NCBI RefSeq assembly: GCF_964213995.1 | Contig: NW_027590215.1 | Span: 248,001 to 312,000 of the forward strand | Reading direction: 5' to 3' | Source of the DNA: Mustelus asterias | Lineage: Eukaryota | Length of the DNA stretch: 64,000 bases | In this document: positions 23,293 to 34,749 of the stretch, piece by piece | Position numbering within the stretch: position 1 is the stretch's first letter | How the letters are laid out: each line of letters begins with the position of its first letter | The notes under the pieces: model-generated | The model's input: only the letters and a program-made list of their open reading frames with translations | What the model was told of the DNA's origin: nothing | The model's database searches: none | Translations under genes and position numbers: made by a program

Positions 23293-23622
23293 CGGCACGG
23301 TAGCACAGTGGTTAGCACTGCTGCTTCACAGCTCCAGGGTCCTGGGTTCGATTCCCGGCTCGGGTCACTGTCTGTGTGGAGTTTGCACATTCTCCTCGTG
23401 TCTGCGTGGGTTTCCTCCCAGTGCTCCGGTTTCCTCCCACAGTCCAAAGATGTGCGGGTTAGGTTGATTGGCCAGGTTAAAAATTGCCCCTTAGAGTCCT
23501 GAGATGCGAGGATTAGCGGGTAAATGTGTGGGGGTAGGGCCTGGGTGGGATTGTGGTCGGTGCAGACTCGATGGGCCGAATGGCCTCCTTCTGCACTGTA
23601 GGGTTTCTATGTTTCTATGTTT
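23293..23622 (+). mobile_element. Young HE1/V-SINE-like copy with CTAAAG TSD in the ZNF 3' flank
   Basis: CTAAAG at 23287-23292 and 23623-23628; the paralogous site at about 50255 is empty. Confidence 0.92.
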
Positions 23623-23904
23623 CTAAAGATGATGAAGGACATTTATTTTATCCTGGATCGTAAAGAGTGCTTTTCCTACGACTAAGGTAGATTTAAAATA
23701 AATACAGAACTGAAAAAACGCAGCTGGTCTGGCAGCATCTGTGGAGAGAGAAATAGAGTTAATGTTTCACGTCCAATGTAACTCTACTTCAGAACTAAAG
23801 AGAGGGAGAAATATGATGGGTTTGATGCTGCTGAGAAAGGGGGGAGGGGCAGGTAGAACTAAAGGGAGAGTCAGGGATTGGTTAGAGGATGGGTGAGATT
23901 AAAT

Positions 23905-23970
23905 GACTTTAACCTGGTGTTGTTAAAACTCTTACTGTGTTTACCCCAGTCCAACGCCGGCATCTCCACA
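23905..23970 (+). mobile_element. Penelope-like family 1 extreme 3' end nested in a family 2 remnant (about 23705-24180)
   Basis: gactttaacctggtgttgttaaa..tgtgtttaccccagtccaacgccggcatctccaca. Confidence 0.75.
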
Positions 23971-26900
23971 TTGTAAAGAAACAAAGCATTGGTCCAGAGT
24001 AAGTGTTAATGGCAGAATAAAGGACAGCTCTGTCTGGAAGGAAAAAAACATGAAAACAAGATGCAGACTGGCACTCGGCAAAAAAAAAACTGGCTGTCAT
24101 TGACACGAGCAATAGAGAGACAGAAAGATGCCCCAGGCTCAAATGGGAAATCAAAACGTGTGGCTTTAAATGAACTGTTAGGATCTCTGTAACGATCAAC
24201 AATTTTTTAAAAAATGAATTCTAAACCCAGTAAGTAAAGAATCACACGACAAAGCTTCAAGTTTATGGCGTTGATTCTAACAAACTGGAGGCAACAATGA
24301 CTAAACACCTTTTTGAAGGGAACATAGCCCTTGAACTGTAAAATTAACCTTGCCGTTTTACTCTTAACACAATCAAATATCCACTCAATGGATATATTTT
24401 ACCCTGCCTTGGAATGTTGACACTCTTTCTCCAAAAACTCGCCCAAAGTGATTCTTCACTCCCCGAGTGTTTATTTCCTTTTCCAGTCTGGCAACCTTTA
24501 ATCCCAGAACTGTCTTTCACAGTGATGGTTCTCCTGGACATTTTCCCACTAACACAAGCAAGGCGAATCTTCCAGCCTTGTTTCACAATTCTCAGGAATT
24601 TGTGACCAACATTCGACATCGGAGCAGAAGTCGGCCATTTGGCCCTTTGAGTCGGCTCCACCGTTTATTTACATCATGGCTGATCTGTTTGTGTTGCGTT
24701 CTCGTGCTATACCCGATACTTTTGATGCCCTTATCCAACAAGAATTAGTATAAAGGCAAAATTCTGCTGTTGTTGGAATCTGAAACAAAAACAGAAAATG
24801 CTGGACAATCTCAGCAAGTCTGACAGCATCTGTAGAGAGAGAATAGAGACAACATTTTGAGTCAGGATTACTCTTTGTCAGAGGTGAAGGCAAGGAAAAT
24901 CGGACAAAATTGGGAAGCAATCTATTAAACCTCCTCTGAACCACTTTCAATGCATTTGTATCATTTCTTAAATAGGAGACAAAGCTGCACCGAGTGTTCA
25001 AGATGCAGTCTCAGCAACGCCCTGTATAACTGAAGCAGAACATCTTTACTCCTGTGTTCACTTTCTCTCATAATAAAGGATAACATTCCATTTGTAAGAA
25101 CTTTGATTTATTTGAACTAAGATTTATGGGGGTTCTCTTGTTTACAATAACCTCCCTCATCGTAAATCACACCAGGTTCCAGTGTCTTAACCATGTGGTA
25201 AGAAAGAACACATTAAATGGTGAATTCAGAAAGTTTATTTATCATTAAAAATGTAACAAGTCAGAAAGATAAAAACGGAGTGTCGATTAACAGTTAATAG
25301 AGAAAGTTTAACATTAACAATTGAACAGACTTCTCTCCATCCCTCTCAGACCAGGACATGAAGTGACCGCTCCAAAAACATGGATAACTTGTAAAACCAA
25401 CAGCTCTCCACACCTCTCTGTAAACATCTCTCCCTCCACCTCTCTCTACCAAATTGCCTTCTCAAGACCACTTTTTTATACTTTAAAAATGCCGAAAGCC
25501 CATCTTAGCCAATTCCCATAAATCTTCAATTATAAACTAAAATAGACATGAGTTTTCAGATGATTTGAAAAGAAATGAACTGTCTGCTGAAAGGGTTAAC
25601 TTTTCTACAGAACCTAAAGGGATGGGGAGTGAGCAGAAAAAATTGGCACACAATAATACTTCTTTGCACAAGTATAAAAATCAAAACAAACTAGATTGTA
25701 AACTTCATCTCTGAATTTTTTTGTTATATTCCATAACTTAATTATTTTTATTTGATCAGTTTTTGTTCGGGATGGATAACTTCTGTTCTTTATAAACTGA
25801 TTCACTCATTTTGTTTATTCTACATGGGCTCGGAGAATCAGAACCCAGACTTTATCATCCTTATCCTTTTTCCCCTTTTGCCACCACTCCCTCTGTTTTG
25901 CGGGAGGGTCGTGGGGTTTCCAATCAGACCGAATCATTTCATCATAAAAGTTAAATACTGCGGATGCTGGAATCTGAAACAACAACAGAAAATGCTGGAA
26001 AAGTTCAGCAGGTCTGACAGCATCTGTGGAGAGAGAATAGAGCCAATGTTTCAGGTATGGATGACCCTTCATAAGAGCTGTTATGAAGTGTCTTCCAGAC
26101 TTGAAATGTTGGCTGTATTCTCTAATAATGTTATCAATAAGTTTCTTGTTCTTAGTTTCCAAACAGCAGGTAAGAGACTTGTCCAGTCCTCACTCGAGCT
26201 CTGATTTTTTCACTGGCCATGCTTGGGTAAGATTATAACCATTAGAATCTACTCAGAGGTCTGCTTTTCAGTCCAGTGCTATTTGGAGTATACCGTTACT
26301 GCACCGACTAACGGGTCACATGTCCCTCACAGGTCTTATCACAAATTTGGGATAAAATAATTTAAACAATGCCTGAGAACGCTTTTTAACTTCTTAACCA
26401 ACTATCTGCCACTGTTTGTTGATTGGTCAGACCTCCTCTTCACAGATTCGGGAATCTCAGCCGCTGAACACCAGCCGGTCCTGGAATAAGATTAATTCTA
26501 ACTCATTTTGAATAAATATTCTCACCAGGTCCTCTGTCGGGGCCCTGCTAAGCAGCTTTAATGGTCCGTGATTGCAGAAACTGAGCAGTCACAGAAATGT
26601 GGTCAAGATAGTCCAGTCGCATAATGCCTCACATTCAATCTGCTGTCCTTCAATTATAACAGAATATGTGGCTGTATGTAGCTGCCTCGGCCACGATCAG
26701 CGCCAAAACTGCCTTCCTGAACTGCTACAATGCCTGAGGTGTAAGTACACCCACAGTGCTGTTAGGGAGGGATTTCCAGCTACACATTCCAGACTTTCAC
26801 TGGACTGTAGGTGGATACCAGATTGATATATTCCATTCAACCACACCCAAGGTGAGTTATTCCAATTCCTTTATTGTCCAGGACAATATATTCACAATAT

Positions 26901-27636
26901 CTTCAAAATAGAAATTAAACATTCCCATTTGGTTTCAGGTATTAACATATTCTGTTAGTTTGTTCTTTATTGTCAATGTCAGGCTGGGGTTGTTCCCCTT
27001 GGAGCAAAGGAGGTTGAGGGGAGATTTGATAGAGGTGGACAAGATTCTGACAGGTTTAGATAAGGTGGACAAAGAAAAGCTGTTCCCATTAGCTGATGAG
27101 ACAAGGATGAGGGGGACACAGATTTATGGTTTTGGGTCAGAGACGCGGGGCGGGGGGGAATGGGAGGAAGAATATTTTGATGGAGTGAATGATAATGACC
27201 TGGAACTCGCTGCCTATGAGGGTGGAGGAAGTGGAGACAATAAACAATTACAAAGGAAATTGGATGGGCTTCTGGGGGAGTTTCAAACAGAAATGCTGAT
27301 TAAATATCTCTGAACTTCCTCACTCCCTGTCACTCTGTGATCCTTGTGAAATTTAAAACCAGGTATTCACAACAAGACTCAAAGAGCATCAGCCCATTGG
27401 AGGCAAAGTTGTGAGACCGGCCAGTCCAGCAGAAAGAAACCCTCCGACCCTCCGCATTGACTAACTGTGAGAAGGAACAAAATGCAGTCCCGGATGTAAT
27501 TGAGAGCAGAAACAATAACAGCAGAATCCAACCCCTGTGAACTTGTTGGTGCCTCAGCAGCCGTGATGAAATTCTGAACACTTTTTATACACTGAGCAGG
27601 TGGACAGTTTCTCCCCAGTGTAACTTCACTGATGTC

Positions 27637-28539
27637 TCAACAGGTGGGATAACTGAGTGAATTCCTTCCCACACTCAGAGCAGGTGAATGGTCTCTCCCC
27701 ATGTGAATTTGCTGGTGTCTCTGCAGGTTGGATAACTGACTGAAACCCTTTCCACACTGAGAGCAAGTAAATGGCCTCTCCCCAGTGTGAACTCGCTGGT
27801 GTCTCCGCAGGTGGGATGACTGAGTGAATCTCTTCCCACACTGAGAGCAGGTGAACGGCCTCTCTCCAGTGTGAATTTGCTGGTGTTTCTGCTGGGTGGA
27901 TAACTGACTGAAACCCTTCCCACACTGAGAGCAGGTGAATGGCCTCTCCCCAGTGTGAACTCGCTGGTGTCTCCGCAGGTCGGATGACCAAATGAATCTC
28001 TTCCCACACTGAGAGCAGGTGAACAGCCTCTCCCCAGTGTGAACTCGCTGGTGTCTCCGCAGCTCGGATGACCGAGTGAATCTCTTCTCACACTGAGAGC
28101 AGGTGAATGGCCTCTCCCCGGTGTGAACTCGCTGGTGTGTCCGCAGGTCGGATGACCGAGTGAATCTCTTCCCACACTGAGAGCAGGCGAATGGCCTCTC
28201 CCCAGTATGAATTCGCATGTGTGTCCATAGATTGGATAACTGGTTGAATCCCTTCCTACACCGAGAGCAGATAAACAGCCTCTCCCCGGTGTGAATTCGC
28301 TGGTGTCTCTGCAAAGTGGATAACACAGTGAATCCCTTTCCACACTGAGAGCAGGTGAACGGTCTCTCTCCAGTGTGAACTCGCTTGTGTGACTGCAGGC
28401 TGGGCAACAGAGCGAATCCCTCCTCACACTGAGAGCAGATGAATGGCCTCTCCCCAGTGTGGCTGCGCCGATGAGCATCCAGCAGAGAGGGGGCTCTGTA
28501 TCCCTTCCCACAGTCCGCACATTTCCATGGTTTCTCCAT
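27637..28539 (-). CDS. C2H2 ZNF, 10 intact fingers, then a frameshift and two decayed fingers
   Basis: accATGg MEKPWKC at 28539; ORF shifts at HMG; decayed fingers continue to about 27535. Confidence 0.75.
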   Translation of the reverse strand: MEKPWKCADCGKGYRAPSLLDAHRRSHTGERPFICSQCEEGFALLPSLQSHKRVHTGERPFTCSQCGKGFTVLSTLQRHQRIHTGERLFICSRCRKGFNQLSNLWTHMRIHTGERPFACSQCGKRFTRSSDLRTHQRVHTGERPFTCSQCEKRFTRSSELRRHQRVHTGERLFTCSQCGKRFIWSSDLRRHQRVHTGERPFTCSQCGKGFSQLSTQQKHQQIHTGERPFTCSQCGKRFTQSSHLRRHQRVHTGERPFTCSQCGKGFSQLSNLQRHQQIHMGRDHSPALSVGRNSLSYPTC

Positions 28540-29090
28540 GGTGCAGGTGTCCTTGCCTCTCCGTTGGGTGACCAATCAGTTGAAGCCTTGTCCACACACA
28601 GAACACGGGTACAGTCTCTCCCTGCTGTGAATGGTGTGATATTTATTCAGGCTGTGTCACTGGTTAAAGCTCTTTAGTCAGTGCTCTGGAACACTCTCAC
28701 TCGGGTGTGGCAGTGTGTTGGTGCTTTTCCACTCACTGATGGCCGAAGTCTTTTCAAATCCAAGTGGAAGCTTTAATCTGAAGCTCAGTGGCCAACTTCC
28801 GCATTGAGACGTCACAATAAAGCGCTGCCTGAATCAGCCAATAGGAATTACTCGGCTCCGCAGGGCCGCGTCGGGGTTCCATGGCGCAGGCCCGGCTCGC
28901 GGACCCGGGAGCCCCGCCCCCGCCCATTGTTCCCCCTCCCCCTGCATCTCCTCCAGCCACGGTTTCCAGGCAACCGGCTGGCGGCTCCGGCCAGAGCGAG
29001 AAGCCGCTCGGTGATCTCCCCCTCCCCCCTCTCTCTCTGCGGCTGCTGCTCCAAAAAGAGATCGAGAACGACCGCTGGCGGCAGCCGCAC

Positions 29091-29251
29091 TGCGCCTGCT
29101 CCGGACAGCTGGGCTCAGCAGCGCTCTCTGCGCCTGCTCCGGACAGCTCGGCCCAGCAGCGCTCTCTGCGCCTGCTCCGGACAGGTCGGCGCAGCAGCGC
29201 TCTCTGCGCCTGCTCCGGACAGCTCGGCTCAGCAGCGCTCTCTGCGCCTGC
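29091..29251 (+). repeat. 38-bp GC-rich tandem repeat, 4 full copies plus a partial
   Basis: tgcgcctgctccggacagctcggctcagcagcgctctc at 29091, 29129, 29167, 29205. Confidence 0.95.
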
Positions 29252-29363
29252 GTGCTGGGCTGCCAGCTGAGGGAGTGGGGGAGGGGACTTTGCAAAATCT
29301 CTTCCCATCATTTTCTTCCAAGTCCCGCAGTTTGATTTGAAACAGAACAGTTTCTGTTTGTAG

Positions 29364-29528
29364 CTTCACCACAGACTCAAACTTCACCACAGACTCAAAC
29401 TTCACACACAGACTCAAACTTCACCACAGACTCAAACTTCACACATAGACTCAAACTTCACCACAGACTCAAACTTCACACATAGACTCAAACTTCACCA
29501 CAGACTCAAACTTCACCACAGACTCAAA
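29364..29528 (+). repeat. 18/19-bp tandem repeat, 9 copies
   Basis: cttcaccacagactcaaa / cttcacaca(c/t)agactcaaa. Confidence 0.95.
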
Positions 29529-29880
29529 CCTCCTCCTCTGGGCAACATCTGTGAGGAAAACACTTTCTTTCTCCCCCTGGGAAATACAGAGACAGAGAAA
29601 TTCTCTGGAACTGGAATTAGAGCTAAATATACTGAGGGGGAAAATGTGATTTTGTGGAACCTGTTTTTATTGTCTGAGCTTTTTAAAGTGTAATTTATCC
29701 TGTCTATTCAAACACTGTTTCTTAATGCATGATTCAGTGATGTTAATTTTAGATTAATTTTTTAAATGAAACATTGTCTTTCAGTTTATTCTATTGGGAT
29801 TTGTGGAATTTGTTTATTATAAGGTGACCATGAGGATCGTAACAACATTGATATGTCTGGTGTTGTTATATGGTGCATAA

Positions 29881-30080
29881 GATGTGGAGATGCCGGTGTT
29901 GGACTGGGGTGGGCACAGTAAGAAGTCTCACAACACCTGGTTAAAATCCAACAGGTTTATTTGGAATCATGAGCTTTCAGCGCGCTGCTCCTTCTCACCT
30001 GATGAAGGGGCAGCGCTCTGAAAGCTTGTGATTCCAAATAAACCTGTTGGACTTTAACCTGGTGTTGGGAGACTTCTTAC
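29881..30080. mobile_element. Penelope-like fold-back insertion with 10-bp TSD
   Basis: Inverted arms; TATATGGTGC at 29867-29876 and 30081-30090. Confidence 0.85.
29995..30031 (+). ncRNA. Minimal type I hammerhead ribozyme
   Basis: UCAC-CUGAUGA-A-GGGGC-AGC-GCUCU-GAAA-GC-UU-GUGA; stem I UCAC/GUGA. Confidence 0.75.
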
Positions 30081-30427
30081 TATATGGTGCGTATTAGGTA
30101 TGTTATTTATGGATTTGTATTGCAGTTGATGTTGTTTAATTCCAGAATAGTATTGTAACTACTCTGTATATTTTCCAGTCAAAGAGTCATCAGAGCACAA
30201 GATAAATCAATTCAGCAGCTTGAGTCCGTGCCAAGTCTCTGTCGGGGAATCCACTCAGTGCCATTTTTCCTCGATATCCCTGTTCCCCAGTACGTTTAAT
30301 TCCTTCAAGTGCCCGACAAATTTTATTTTGAAATCACTGGTCGTCTCCACTTCCACCACTTTCATCGTCAGTGAGTTCCAGAACATGGTTGCTTGCTCCC
30401 TAAGTCAAGTTCTTCCGCATCCATCTG

Positions 30428-30624
30428 TCATAGAATCATAGAAACCCTACAGTACAGAAAGAGGCCATTCGGCCCATCGATTCTGCACCGACCACAATCC
30501 CACCCAGGCTCTACCCCCATATCCCTACATATTTTACCCACTAATCCCTCTAATCTATGCATCCCAGGACACTAAGGGGCAATTTTAACATGGCCAATCA
30601 ACCTAACCCGCACATCTTTGGACT
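30428..30624 (-). mobile_element. 5'-truncated HE1/V-SINE-like copy
   Basis: Reverse complement of the SINE 3' half and tail. Confidence 0.85.
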
Positions 30625-30979
30625 TTAATCTCTAATCTCTAATCATGTATCTCTAATCATGTAATAGAGTTCTGAATATTGCTTACATTTTTAGTCCACT
30701 AAATATGCAAATTTTTTATATGCTTAGACACAAGCCTGTGTGAAGATTTCGGGAATATGTGTCCTGTACATGAAACAGTCAGCACGGATCTGTCGATTAG
30801 GATGAATCAGCACCCTCAGGACAATGTCTATTTCAGGTCCAGCAAAGTGAGAATGGAGGGATGAAGGTTTACAAATTTTCAAGAATGAGAGGAAAGAATG
30901 TTCCACAGAAACTAGAATTGTCTGTTCTGAGTTTTTATCCTGTACTGACAGCAATGATTCTTGTGAATTTCTTTCACAG

Positions 30980-32286
30980 GCTATTAGAAGGGGAGAATTT
31001 ACAGACACAAATCTCAACAAACATGACGTTAGCATCTGACAGAGTCACCCAATTATTCAGGATCTGAATACCATCGGCATTTGAAACTAGAATGGGAAAT
31101 GTTTGTCTGTCCCTTCAAACTGTTTAAACATCAGTGTGACTGGAAAATCACAGACACATTCACTCGAGTGAGAGTATTCCAGTGAACTGACTGTGGAAAG
31201 AGCTTTAACCAGTTACACAGCCTGGAAAAGATTGAAGGATTCACAGTGAGGAGAGACCATGTATGTGTTATCTGTGGGGTCAAACCTTCATCTGAACCTG
31301 GAGATGTACAAAGACACTCAGACCATGGAAATGTAGGGACTGTGGGAAGGGATTCAATTGTCCCTCGAAGCTGGAAACCCTTCGATGCAGCCACACTGTG
31401 GAGACACCGTTCACCTGCTTTGAGTTTGGAAGGGGATTTCGTGATTCATCCACCCTGAAGAATCACCAGCGACTTCACATCAGGGAGAGGCCATTCACCT
31501 GCTCTGAGTGTGGGAAGAAATTCAGCGATTCGTCTGCCCTGCTGACACACCAGCGGGTTCACAATGGGGAGAGACCATTCACCTGTTGTGTGTGTGGAAA
31601 GGGATTCACTCAGTCATCTACCCTGTAGAACCACCAGCGATTTCACACGGGTGAGGGACTGTTCCCCTGCTCAGAGCGTGGGAAGGGATTCACTCGCTCA
31701 TCCTTCCCGCTGACAAACCAACGCATTCACACTGGGCCGAGGCCATTCATCTGCTCCGAGTGTGGGAAGAGATTCACTCAATTATCTAGTCTGCTGAGAC
31801 ACAAACGATTACACACTGGGGAAAGGCCATTCATCTGATGTGTGTGTGGGAAGTGACTCAGTCAATCATCCAGTCTGCTGGAATACTGAGGCACCTCCCC
31901 CAATAAGAAACCTGTTCAATGCTCTGACTGTGGGAGCTGCTTTAAAACCTGAGCCTACCTGAGGGTCGACCAGCGCATTCACACTGAGGAGACCCCGTTC
32001 AGGCGCTCTCACTGTGCAAAGAGGTTTAGAACATCATCTGACCTACTGAAACATCAGGGAATTCACACTGGGGAGAGACCCTGATAATTCCCACTCACTT
32101 TCAGCGATTAATCATAAAACCTACCAGATTGGAAGCTTCTGCCTGAAATTTTATTTTCCCTCAGTTTCCAAACTGAGACCATTCACCTGCTCAGTGTGTG
32201 GGAAAGGATTCACTTGTTCATCCAAGCTGCTGAAACACCAGGGCAGTCACACCCATTAGTGATCTTTCGGATGCTCTGACTGTGGC
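30980..32286 (+). pseudogene. C2H2 ZNF pseudogene
   Basis: Finger repeats from about 31322 with several stops (e.g. TAG 31626) and frameshifts; cut by an LTR at 32287. Confidence 0.85.
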
Positions 32287-32945
32287 TGTTAATTATATCA
32301 ATAGAGGTGAAGTTTATTCAGATGGAGGGCACTGATTAGATAGTTATAATGAGCGGGTAAAAAGTGGGGCTCACTAATATAACTTGGAGTCAGAGTTCAA
32401 CCTGTAATGTTTGATTCTGTGAACAAATCTAGACCAAATAAAGATTGACTCCACCCCAAGGCTGTCAGGATTATAACATGGTAACAGAAAATGCTTGTCT
32501 AATGGTGAAGGTTGGAAACTAAAAGAAAGTATATTTCAGACAGAAGCTTCCAATCCCAGCAGCTTTTGTGAGAAATGACTGAAAGGCAGTGGGAATTGTC
32601 AGGGTCTGATTACCTGCTGATGCTCTCGGAGTCTGAACCATACAACCAGTGGAAGAATGAAGTGGCGATGTGGACACGGGTTACATCCCAATCAAGGAGG
32701 AAACAAGATCTGGCCTTGGCATTGTCACTTCCTAACACAAGGAAAATCAGCAACAAAGCATTTTCTGATCAGTCAAACTGCAAATTGATAACTGCACTGG
32801 CACGGATGATTCATGTAAAGAATTCACTTCAGGTGGTTGGAGGGTAGAATCCCTGTCAATTGGTCTATGGGAGAAATCCCTAATTCCCCTCTGTGCCGGG
32901 CGATCGATCGCCCTCCTGCTTTAAAGGGATACAATTAGTTCCATT
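32287..32945 (+). mobile_element. Internally deleted LTR retrotransposon, Copia GalEa-like: 5' LTR 32287-32478, PBS, gag start fused to an integrase fragment
   Basis: TGTTA...TAACA LTR with AATAAA; PBS-like TGGTAACAGA at 32479; SEPYNQWKNEVAMWTRVT..KQDLALALSLP (gag-like) then ITALA..HVKNSLQVVGG*NPCQLVYGRNP (integrase-like). Clade is from recalled motif similarity. Confidence 0.7.
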
Positions 32946-34749
32946 TTCAGTCATCAATTATCTGATTGTTCCATGAAAAGAATTGCTCGAAGCAACAAAT
33001 TATTGGAGAAACCAGAAGAGGGTTTCTTCATGTGTAACGTTTGGACTGAAAAAGAAAAACCATCTTTTTCTTCAATTTGTTTTGAAACACTGTTTGTGTG
33101 AATTTTTGCGATCCCGGTCAGGACTGTTAACGTTTGCAGAGAAATTCGAACACCCAGTGATTAACTGAAAGAATTACATCACAAGATTCCACATTGTTAA
33201 ACAAAGACAAACTGTACTGTATGTTTAAATAAAATTTAAAAAGACAACACTACAAATTGAATACTACACTCAATAAAGATTTATGATCGAAACCGAGTTC
33301 TATTTTTTTACCTCACCCCAAGAGTTTCTTTATACTTAACAATATCTTGAAGGTTCAGTCACTTCTGTTCCTAGGACCATCCCAAAGGTATGTCAAAGCT
33401 CTCCACAATTCACTTTAATTCTCCCCAGTACTCCAGATATTCTCCGAGCTCCAAGAGTTTATGGGAGTCCATCCATTATCTTTTCATTAAACAAGCTTCC
33501 AATTTTCCTTTAAGCTCTCAAACTGTGGACTCCTCAGTCCAAACATGAGCTTCACTGCATTCTTGCTGAGGGATTTAAATGTTGGAAACACCCCTGGTTT
33601 CTAATGGTCCTCGAGGCTTCTAGTCTCACAGCTCCTGGTCCCACAACTGGTGGCTTCCAAGCTAACTGCAGACTGTCCGCTGGAACCAGGTCATTGATTG
33701 GAAAGGACTCAAAGGTTACGGGGAAAAGGCAGGAGAATGGGATTGAGATTTATCAGCCATGATCGAATGGCACAGCAGATTCGATGGGCCGAATAGCCTA
33801 ATTCTGCTCCTATATCTTATGGTCTAATTCTAACCAAGGCTCCACCCTGAATCACATATCCCCATGGTAACAGAGACCAGGTGGAATGTCCGACAGATAT
33901 TTAGCTTCAAAACTAAACCTTTTTCCTGAGGTCTTCATGAAGAATTCACCTAACAAAAACAGTACAATAATTGTCAGTCCCAATGTCTCCAGCTAAAAGA
34001 TCCAGCTGACCTTTTACAGTTCTTACCTCTCGAGTTTTGACTTCTTAAACCAACACGGGCCATGCTTTGTGACTGCGAATTCCCTGAGGGTGTTTTCATC
34101 AGATTCTCAATCCAGGTTTTCCATTTTTTAAAAGCAATTCTTGCAACTAATTCTTATTTCTAAAACATAGGAATTATGAAATTAGATTTTTGGAACAAAA
34201 ACAGGAAAAAATGGAAATGTATCACCTTCATAATATCCCAGTTAGAATATTACAATATACAACATGCTGTATATCTTAACAACAGCCATGATCTTATTGA
34301 ATGGTGGAGCAGGCTCGAAGGGCCAAATGGCCTCCTCCTGTTCCTAAATCCACTGTTTTCCTCTGTTGATCTATCTTATAACCTGCAATAGACATAATAA
34401 TCCCTCCATTGTCCACTTCACATTCACAAGTCCAGCTTGGTAACAGCACACTGCTGGGTTCCATGTCCAGGAATTCAGTCCACTGAAGATGGAAATTACT
34501 GCTTGCAGTCTTTTCTGAAAGTTTTCTTTTTACAATAATTATAGTCCAAAGTTCCTCCTGCAAAAGGAGAGTCTTCATTGCTGTTCATTTGTGAATTTTC
34601 AAGTTCTATTTTGAAAACAGTCTGTCCAGAGTTCACATTTTGAAATTTATTTTCTTCCATGTTTGTAGTTCCTCCATTGTTTAAATCCAGAGACAATATT
34701 CCACTCAATTCCACATTGAAACTGTCTTCTTCTTGCTCAGTTATAGCTG

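Larger units (their letters stand above)
21380..28750. repeat. Segmental duplication copy 1: convergent ZNF pair plus spacer, homologous to about 48740-60300
   Basis: Collinear blocks 23095-23760/50065-50400, 24970-25515/50797-51595, 25513-25880/52949-53284 plus 57586-57610, 25880-27310/57605-59020. Confidence 0.85.
28780..29560. promoter_or_regulatory. Bidirectional CpG-island promoter for 28539(-) and 31.3 kb(+), with first-exon donor caacatct|gtgag at about 29551
   Basis: High CpG, GC box, CCAAT, GACGTCA, ACTTCCG; donor motif shared with 48419, 62331(-) and 62890. Confidence 0.7.

Noticed and set aside
27675-28595. Long alternative-frame ORFs over ZNF genes ([16 protein letters not shown] and [15 protein letters not shown] repeats)
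   Set aside because: Shadow frames of the 84-bp finger repeat, expected from its codon usage.
28754-29340. Overlapping 130-185 aa ORFs in CpG islands (also 19614-20158, 43352-44002, 62319-62893)
   Set aside because: GC-rich, stop-poor promoter DNA and tandem repeats; no recognisable domain.
29364-29528. Short repeat arrays here and at 29091 and 4944 as CRISPR-like arrays
   Set aside because: Units are contiguous with no unique spacers, no cas genes are present, and the context is vertebrate.
33033-34140. Possible solo LTR starting TGTAAC
   Set aside because: No matching CA terminus, TSD, PBS or PPT could be located by eye.
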